NCBI RefSeq assembly: GCF_021246445.1
Contig: NZ_JAJQXW010000003.1
Coordinates: 310,001 to 374,000, forward strand
Direction: 5' to 3'
Origin: Rhabdothermincola salaria
GTDB taxonomy: Bacteria > Actinomycetota > Acidimicrobiia > Acidimicrobiales > Acidimicrobilacustridaceae
DNA length: 64,000 nucleotides
Part shown: in pieces, positions 58,315 through 64,000 of the stretch
Layout of the letters: every line of letters begins with the position of its first letter
Numbering within the stretch: the first letter of the stretch is position 1
Notes under the pieces: generated by a model
Databases searched by the model: none
Told to the model about the DNA's origin: nothing
The model's input: only the letters and a program-made list of their open reading frames with translations
Translations under genes and position numbers: made by a program

Positions 58315-59207
58315 GCTTCGCGACGGGGTGGTCCACGCTGGGCGACGGACCGCCGACGACCGCCCAGCTCGAGGCCATGGGGGCGGCGATGTCGATCTAC
58401 CTGCCCACCCCGATGAGCGAGACCCCGGATCCGGACGCGCCCGACGGCCCGCCCGTCGTCACCGCCGAGTGCGCGCTGCCCGACCACCTCCTCGAGGGCG
58501 GGCACCTGAGCTCAGGGGTCCTCGCCACCCTCGTCGACAACGTCGGGGGCATGGTCAGCGGGCTGGCCGCCCTGCCCGACTGGGTGGTCACCACCAACCT
58601 CTCGCTGCGCCGGGCCCCGGCGTCCGGGGCGACCCGCGGCCCCCTGGCGGTGACGGCCCGCCTGATGCGTCGGGGCCGCACGTCGGTCGTGGCCCGCATC
58701 CACGTCGACGACCGCGAGGGACGGTCGGTGGCCACGGCCTGGATGACCAGCAGCATCCTCGTGCCCGACGGGGGCCCGCCGCCGGTGCCTCGACCCCTGC
58801 GCCCCCATCGCCCGCCCACCGTCGACCACCCCTTGTACCGCAGCGCCCCGAGCGCGTTCTTCGCGCTCGAAGGGGGCGAGCACCCCGGGGAGGTGCGCAT
58901 CGACGCCCCTCCCCGACTGCGCAACCCGTGGGGCATCGTCCACGGCGGGGCCCTGGCCGTGGCGGTCGACGCCGCCGCCCGGGCGGCCGTGGCCCATCCC
59001 ACCGGCACCGACACCTCACCCGAACGGCTCGTGGTGTCAGACCTGGTCGTGCACTACCTCAGCCCGGGGCGGGTCGGCCCGATCGTGGCGGGCGGGGAGC
59101 TCGTCGGCTCGCGCCGCGGCGACCACCTCGTGCGGGTGACCGTGGCCGACCGGGGGGCCGACGACCGCCCGTTGGTCCTGGCCGTGGCCACCGTGGGCAC
59201 CCGCTGA
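58311..59207 (+). CDS. Double hotdog-fold (PaaI-like) thioesterase family protein
   Basis: NPWGIVHGG; GTGA overlap with the preceding gene. Confidence 0.78.
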   Translation: MSFATGWSTLGDGPPTTAQLEAMGAAMSIYLPTPMSETPDPDAPDGPPVVTAECALPDHLLEGGHLSSGVLATLVDNVGGMVSGLAALPDWVVTTNLSLRRAPASGATRGPLAVTARLMRRGRTSVVARIHVDDREGRSVATAWMTSSILVPDGGPPPVPRPLRPHRPPTVDHPLYRSAPSAFFALEGGEHPGEVRIDAPPRLRNPWGIVHGGALAVAVDAAARAAVAHPTGTDTSPERLVVSDLVVHYLSPGRVGPIVAGGELVGSRRGDHLVRVTVADRGADDRPLVLAVATVGTR

Positions 59208-59266
59208 CGCCCCCGTCACCGGTGCGTCGCTAACCTCCCGGGAAGCCACCACAGGGGGAGACAGCC

Positions 59267-60940
59267 GTGGCCATGACCTTCGAGGAAGCGGTCGCCTACG
59301 TGACCGGTCCCGGTGGACCGCTGGAGATCGTCGACGCCGACGTGGCCGGCACACCCCAGAAGGTGTTCGCCGCCACCCCACCGACCCTGCGGGCCCTGTG
59401 GGACACCCTGCGCGCCCGCGGCGACGCCCCGTACCTGGTGTACGAGGACGAGCAGTGGTCCTTCGCCGACGTGGTCGCCCAGATCGACGCCCTCGGCGCG
59501 CTGCTCGTCGATCGCTACGGGGTGACCAAGGGCGACCGGGTCGCCATCGCCATGCGCAACTACCCGGAGTGGATCACCGCCTTCGCCGCCATCACCTCGA
59601 TCGGGGCGGTCGCGGTGTCGCTCAACGCCTGGTGGACCGGACCCGAGCTCGAGTACGGCCTGACCGACTCGGGGGCCAAGGTGGTGGTCGGCGATCTCCC
59701 GCGCATCGGCCGGGTCGCCGATCGTCTCGCCGATCTCGGGGTCGCCGGGCTGGCGGTGCGGGCCGAGGGCGAGGTGCCGGCCGGCGTCGACCGCCTCGAG
59801 GACGTGCTCGTCACCGGCGCCCCGCTCCCCCAGGTCGACATCGGTCCCGACGACGACGCCACCATCCTCTACACGTCGGGCACGACCGGGCGGCCCAAGG
59901 GCGCGGTGTCCACCAACCGAGCGGTGCTGACCGGCCTCATGGGGTTCGCCTGTCGCAGCGTGGTCGAGATGCTGCGCACCGACCGCGACGAGCCGCACCC
60001 CTTCCCCACCACCTTCGTCCTGGTGGTGCCCCTCTTCCACGTGACGGGCTGCGTGCCGGTCATGCTGGGCTCGGCGCTCGCCGGCCACAAGCTGGTGATG
60101 ATGCACAAGTGGGACCCGGCTCGCGCCCTCGAGCTCATCGAACGCGAACGGGTCACCAACTTCATCGGCGTGCCCACCATGGCCGCCGACCTGCTGGCCT
60201 GCCCCGACTTCGCCACCCGCGACACCTCGTCGCTCTCCAACGTCGGGGGCGGCGGCGCACCCATGGCCCCAGGGCTGGTGAAGCGCATCGAGGACTCCTT
60301 CGGTACGGCACGACCCCAGCTGGGCTACGGGATGACCGAGACCAACGCCTACGGGCCGAGCAACACGGGCGACGACTACGTGCGCAAGCCGGCCAGCACC
60401 GGGCGACTGGTGCCGATCATGGACGTGAAGGTGGTCGGTACCGCGGGCGAGGACCTCCCGGTCGGGGAGGTCGGTGAGGTCTGCTTCCGGGGGGCCAACC
60501 TCATCCGCGGCTACTGGAACCGACCCGAGGCGACGGCCGAGTCCATCACCGACGGGTGGCTGCACACCGGCGACCTCGGGTACCTCGACGACGAGGGGTT
60601 CGTGTTCCTCGTCGACAGGGCCAAGGACATGGTCCTGCGAGCAGGGGAGAACGTGTACTGCGCCGAGGTGGAGGCGGCGATCTACGAGCATCCCGCGGTG
60701 CACGAGGCCGCCGTGTTCGGCCTGCCCCACGAGCGCCTCGGCGAAGAGGTGGCCTGCGCCCTGCAGCCCAAGGTCGGGATGGCGATCGACACCGACGAGC
60801 TGAGCGACTTCCTCGCCGAGCGCATCGCCCGGTTCATGGTGCCCACGCAGTGGTTCGTCAGCGACGAGCCGCTCCCCCGGGGCGCGACCGGCAAGATCCT
60901 CAAGCGGGAGATCAAGGACAACGTCCTGGCCGCGGGATGA
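59267..60940 (+). CDS. Acyl-CoA synthetase (AMP-forming)
   Basis: YTSGTTGRPKG, GYGMTE, TGDLG, GKILK. Confidence 0.93.
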   Translation: MAMTFEEAVAYVTGPGGPLEIVDADVAGTPQKVFAATPPTLRALWDTLRARGDAPYLVYEDEQWSFADVVAQIDALGALLVDRYGVTKGDRVAIAMRNYPEWITAFAAITSIGAVAVSLNAWWTGPELEYGLTDSGAKVVVGDLPRIGRVADRLADLGVAGLAVRAEGEVPAGVDRLEDVLVTGAPLPQVDIGPDDDATILYTSGTTGRPKGAVSTNRAVLTGLMGFACRSVVEMLRTDRDEPHPFPTTFVLVVPLFHVTGCVPVMLGSALAGHKLVMMHKWDPARALELIERERVTNFIGVPTMAADLLACPDFATRDTSSLSNVGGGGAPMAPGLVKRIEDSFGTARPQLGYGMTETNAYGPSNTGDDYVRKPASTGRLVPIMDVKVVGTAGEDLPVGEVGEVCFRGANLIRGYWNRPEATAESITDGWLHTGDLGYLDDEGFVFLVDRAKDMVLRAGENVYCAEVEAAIYEHPAVHEAAVFGLPHERLGEEVACALQPKVGMAIDTDELSDFLAERIARFMVPTQWFVSDEPLPRGATGKILKREIKDNVLAAG

Positions 60941-60953
60941 GGCGACCCCCCCC

Positions 60954-62597
60954 TCAGGAGAGGTCTGACGCCAGCTGCTTGAGGGCTTTGTAGTCGGCCT
61001 TGCCGTTGGCGGCGCGGGCCAACGACCCGAGGGGGTGCACCCGCTTGGGGGCCTTGTAGGAGGCCAGCTGCTGCTTCACGGTGGCGATGACCGCCCCCTC
61101 GTCGAGCTCGGCCCCGGGCCGCAGCTCGACCAGCGCCACCACGGCCTCGCCGAAGCGCTCGTCGGGCACACCCACGCAGACGGCGTCGACGACGTCGGGA
61201 TGGCCCTTGACCGCCTCCTCGACCTCCTCGGGGTACACCTTCTCACCGCCGGTGTTGATGCAGACCGATCCCCGACCCAGCAGCTTGAGGCTGCCGTCGG
61301 CCTCGACGGTGGCGTAGTCGCCGGGGATCGACCAGCGCGACCCCTGGATCTCGCGGAAGGTCGCCTTCGACTTCTCCGGGTCCTTGTAGTAGCCGAGAGG
61401 GACGCGCCCGCGGATGGCCACCATGCCCACGTCGCCGCTACCGGGCAGCACCTCGCGCCCGTCGTCGGTGATGACCTTGGTGTTCTCACCGAGGGAGAAC
61501 GAGGCGGTCCCGCCGGAGGAGCCACCCCCGCGCTCGCCCTCGGCCGAGGTGACCGAGAGGGCCATGCCGACCGCCTCGGACGAGCCGAGCGTGTCGACGC
61601 ACAGCAGCTTGGGGGCGTGGCGCAGCAGGCCCTGCTTAACCGGCGCCGACCACATGACGCCGGACGAGGTCATGACCCGCAGCGAGGAGATGTCCCAACG
61701 CCCCGGTTCGGCGTCGAGGGCGGCGAGGAGCGGCTTGGCGAAGGCGTCGCCGACGATGGCCACGCTCTTGACCTGCTCGCGCTCGATGGTGTCGAGCACC
61801 TCGACGACGTCGAAGCGCCGCCCCACGAGGGTGACCACGCACCCGCCGCTCGACAGGGCCATGAAGGAGCTGAAGGCCCCCGTGCCGTGCATGAGCGGCG
61901 CCGCGGTGAGGTGGGTGGGCCCGGGCTTCATCAGCGACGCGGCCACCCCCTCGAGCCCCCCGTCGGCCGGGTGGCGCACCGCGGCGGCCTGGTTGAGCAC
62001 GGCGAACAGGTCGTCCTGGCGCCACATGACGCCCTTGGGCAGGCCGGTGGTGCCCCCGGTGTAGACGAGGTAGAGCTGGTCCGGGCTCCGACCCCAGGGG
62101 GGCCGTGTGGGGGTCGGTGGCGGGGCGTCCGGCTCGACGGCCACCGCACCCACGATGTCGGCGTGGTCGGTGGCCCATTCGGGACAGGGGCCGTGGCCGT
62201 CGTCCACCCAGATCCAACGCCGCACGCCGGGCACCCGGTCGAGCATCGAGGCGATGGTGTCGGTGAACTCGCCGTGGAAGACCACCGTGCCCACGTCGGC
62301 GTTGTCCCACAGGTAGGCCAGCTCGGCCGGCCCGTAGCGGTAGTTGGTGTTGATCGGGGGCAGGCCCAACTTGAAGGCGGCGAACACCGCTTCGAGGTAG
62401 GGCGGCGCCGAGTAGAGGTACTGGGCGAAGGTCTCGCCCTCCTCCACGCCCTCGGCGAGGAGCCAGGCGGCCAGCGCGTCGGCCCGCCGCTCGAATTCGG
62501 CCCACGTGGAGCGCTCGTCGCCGTGGATCTGGGCGGGGGCGTCGGGGAGGGTGGCGGCCACCGTCTCCCACACGTCGGCGAAGTTCCAGGAGGTCAT
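60954..62597 (-). CDS. Acyl-CoA synthetase (FadD19-like)
   Basis: YTGGTTGLPKGVMW, PLMHG, GRGSVCINTGGEKV. Confidence 0.92.
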   Translation of the reverse strand: MTSWNFADVWETVAATLPDAPAQIHGDERSTWAEFERRADALAAWLLAEGVEEGETFAQYLYSAPPYLEAVFAAFKLGLPPINTNYRYGPAELAYLWDNADVGTVVFHGEFTDTIASMLDRVPGVRRWIWVDDGHGPCPEWATDHADIVGAVAVEPDAPPPTPTRPPWGRSPDQLYLVYTGGTTGLPKGVMWRQDDLFAVLNQAAAVRHPADGGLEGVAASLMKPGPTHLTAAPLMHGTGAFSSFMALSSGGCVVTLVGRRFDVVEVLDTIEREQVKSVAIVGDAFAKPLLAALDAEPGRWDISSLRVMTSSGVMWSAPVKQGLLRHAPKLLCVDTLGSSEAVGMALSVTSAEGERGGGSSGGTASFSLGENTKVITDDGREVLPGSGDVGMVAIRGRVPLGYYKDPEKSKATFREIQGSRWSIPGDYATVEADGSLKLLGRGSVCINTGGEKVYPEEVEEAVKGHPDVVDAVCVGVPDERFGEAVVALVELRPGAELDEGAVIATVKQQLASYKAPKRVHPLGSLARAANGKADYKALKQLASDLS

Positions 62598-62727
62598 CGG
62601 CGACGATCGTAGACAATATCCAAGATCGACGGGACCGGACGGCCACCGGGAGCCGAGCCCCACCGCGAACGGCGCCGAACGATCGCACCCGGTTCTCCGC
62701 CGGGCCGACAACGGGAACATGCCCACC

Positions 62728-63021
62728 ATGCGTCGCGCCATCACTGCCACAGCCTTCTCCTTCGCGCTGGTGTTGGGGGTGGCCGCCTGCGGGGACGACG
62801 ACGGCAGCGGCGGCACCGACACCACCTGCCCCCCGTTCGTCGAGGACGCCGGCAACGAACCGCTGGTCGACGGCGACAACCCGGGCATCCCCGGGGCCGA
62901 GGGCGGTCCGGCCGAGGACCCCGACGACATCTCCGCCGCCGGCGGGGCACCCGAGGTCACCGTCACCACGGTCGACGGCGACGGCATCGGGGCGGCCGGG
63001 GCGATCGACCCCGGCTGCTGA
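62728..63021 (+). CDS. Small acidic lipoprotein, hypothetical
   Basis: MRRAIT...GVAAC lipobox; two further Cys. Confidence 0.6.
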   Translation: MRRAITATAFSFALVLGVAACGDDDGSGGTDTTCPPFVEDAGNEPLVDGDNPGIPGAEGGPAEDPDDISAAGGAPEVTVTTVDGDGIGAAGAIDPGC

Positions 63022-63098
63022 GCCTCCCGTCGAGGCCGGTCGGGTGCGGCCGCGCACCGAGCCGCCCCCTCGCCGAGAGCACGGACCCACCCGGAGAT

Positions 63099-63112
63099 GG
63101 AACGTGCGTTCG
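63099..63112. promoter_or_regulatory. LexA (SOS) box
   Basis: GGAAC-GTGC-GTTCG, 10 bp upstream of a TACCCT -10-like hexamer before alkB. Confidence 0.7.
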
Positions 63113-63133
63113 GTCTGCCGGTACCCTGAGGCC

Positions 63134-63826
63134 GTGGTGCAGTGGCAGTCCTCGCTCTTCGCCGTCGGGCCGGTCGAGCTCGACCCCGCGGCCGCCACCG
63201 AGCGGATCGCGCTCGACGACCACTCGTGGATCGACGTCACCCGCGGGTACCTGCACGGTGCCGACGACCTCTGCGCCGAGCTGGTCGCCACCGTGGGCTG
63301 GAAACAGGGACGGCGCCGCATGTACGACCGCGAGGTCGACGATCCTCGGCTGTCGCACTGGTACCCGGCCGGGGACGCCGTGCCCGACGTGCTCGACGAG
63401 GTCGGCCAGGCGCTCGGTGTCCGCTACGGCCGATCCCTCGGACGCCCGGGACTCAACTTCTACCGCGACGGGCGCGACAGCGTCGCCTTCCACCGCGACC
63501 GCGAGCTGCGCCGGGTCGACGACGCCTTGGTGGCGGTGCTCACGCTCGGCGCTCGACGCTCCTTCCTCGTACGTCCTCGAGGCGGGGGGCGCTCCCTCGA
63601 CCTGGCCCCCTCGTCGGGCGACCTGCTCGTGATGGGCGGCCGGTGCCAGCTCGACTGGGAGCACGGCGTGCCCAAGGTGGCCCGGGCCGGCGCCCGCATC
63701 TCGGCCTCGTGGCGTTGGTCCGGACCGTCCCCGGCCCCACCGGCCACCCCTCGCCGACGCGGCTCCTCCCGCCCCGGCTCAGGAGCGGGTCACGAGGCCA
63801 CCGCCTCCTGGGACAGCACCACGTAG
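63134..63826 (+). CDS. AlkB-family 2OG-Fe(II) dioxygenase
   Basis: NFYRDGRDSVAFHRD (HxD), WEHGVPK, RISASWR. Confidence 0.88.
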   Translation: MVQWQSSLFAVGPVELDPAAATERIALDDHSWIDVTRGYLHGADDLCAELVATVGWKQGRRRMYDREVDDPRLSHWYPAGDAVPDVLDEVGQALGVRYGRSLGRPGLNFYRDGRDSVAFHRDRELRRVDDALVAVLTLGARRSFLVRPRGGGRSLDLAPSSGDLLVMGGRCQLDWEHGVPKVARAGARISASWRWSGPSPAPPATPRRRGSSRPGSGAGHEATASWDSTT

Positions 63827-64000
63827 TAGGCGTCGGCCGCCGCCGTCCACCGGGACTGGAGCTCCTGGAAGCGGGCCTGGGCCCGGGCCCCCGCCCAGTC
63901 GGGCGGCAGCAGCTCCGGCGGCAGGGCCGGATCGATGCTGAGCAGGTGGCGCCACTCGTGGGCGAGGCGGGTCCGCAGGGCGAACGCCTCGCGCTCGTCG
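63790..64000 (-). CDS. PaaX-family regulator, C-terminal part (partial)
   Basis: AFALRTRLAHEWRHLLSIDPALPPELLPPDWAG. Confidence 0.8.
   Translation of the reverse strand, partial: DEREAFALRTRLAHEWRHLLSIDPALPPELLPPDWAGARAQARFQELQSRWTAAADAYYVVLSQEAVAS

Overview
High-GC actinobacterial DNA; gene content and style suggest class Acidimicrobiia (inference). Most of the window is housekeeping or metabolic. It holds a Liv-type ABC transporter with duplicated binding proteins, a complete System I cytochrome c maturation operon (ccmABCDEFGH plus a TPR protein), a sortase, a GT4/GH63 pair, cysS/valS, Fe-type SOD, Rpf, MsrA, an OSBS/NAAAR enolase, an Opu-type ABC transporter, CoA ligases and thioesterases, and AlkB. 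The most interesting part is a ~10.4 kb block (22792-33172) between a FasR-like TetR gene and an acyl-CoA dehydrogenase. It combines two c-di-GMP enzymes, a STAS protein, two GAF-ANTAR RNA-binding regulators, a CarH/photocobilin-like B12 photoreceptor candidate, and a WxL-like/DUF916-like surface-fibre module. Together these suggest light- or signal-controlled surface attachment. Non-coding signals include a 16-copy 9-bp tandem repeat, a REP-like palindrome family, a duplicated composite structured element (15924-16496), CRP-, LexA- and TetR-like operators, and many leaderless-type promoters. I recognised no tRNA, rRNA, CRISPR array, transposase or integrase. Family calls come from motif recognition only, with no database searches, and start codons are my best estimates.
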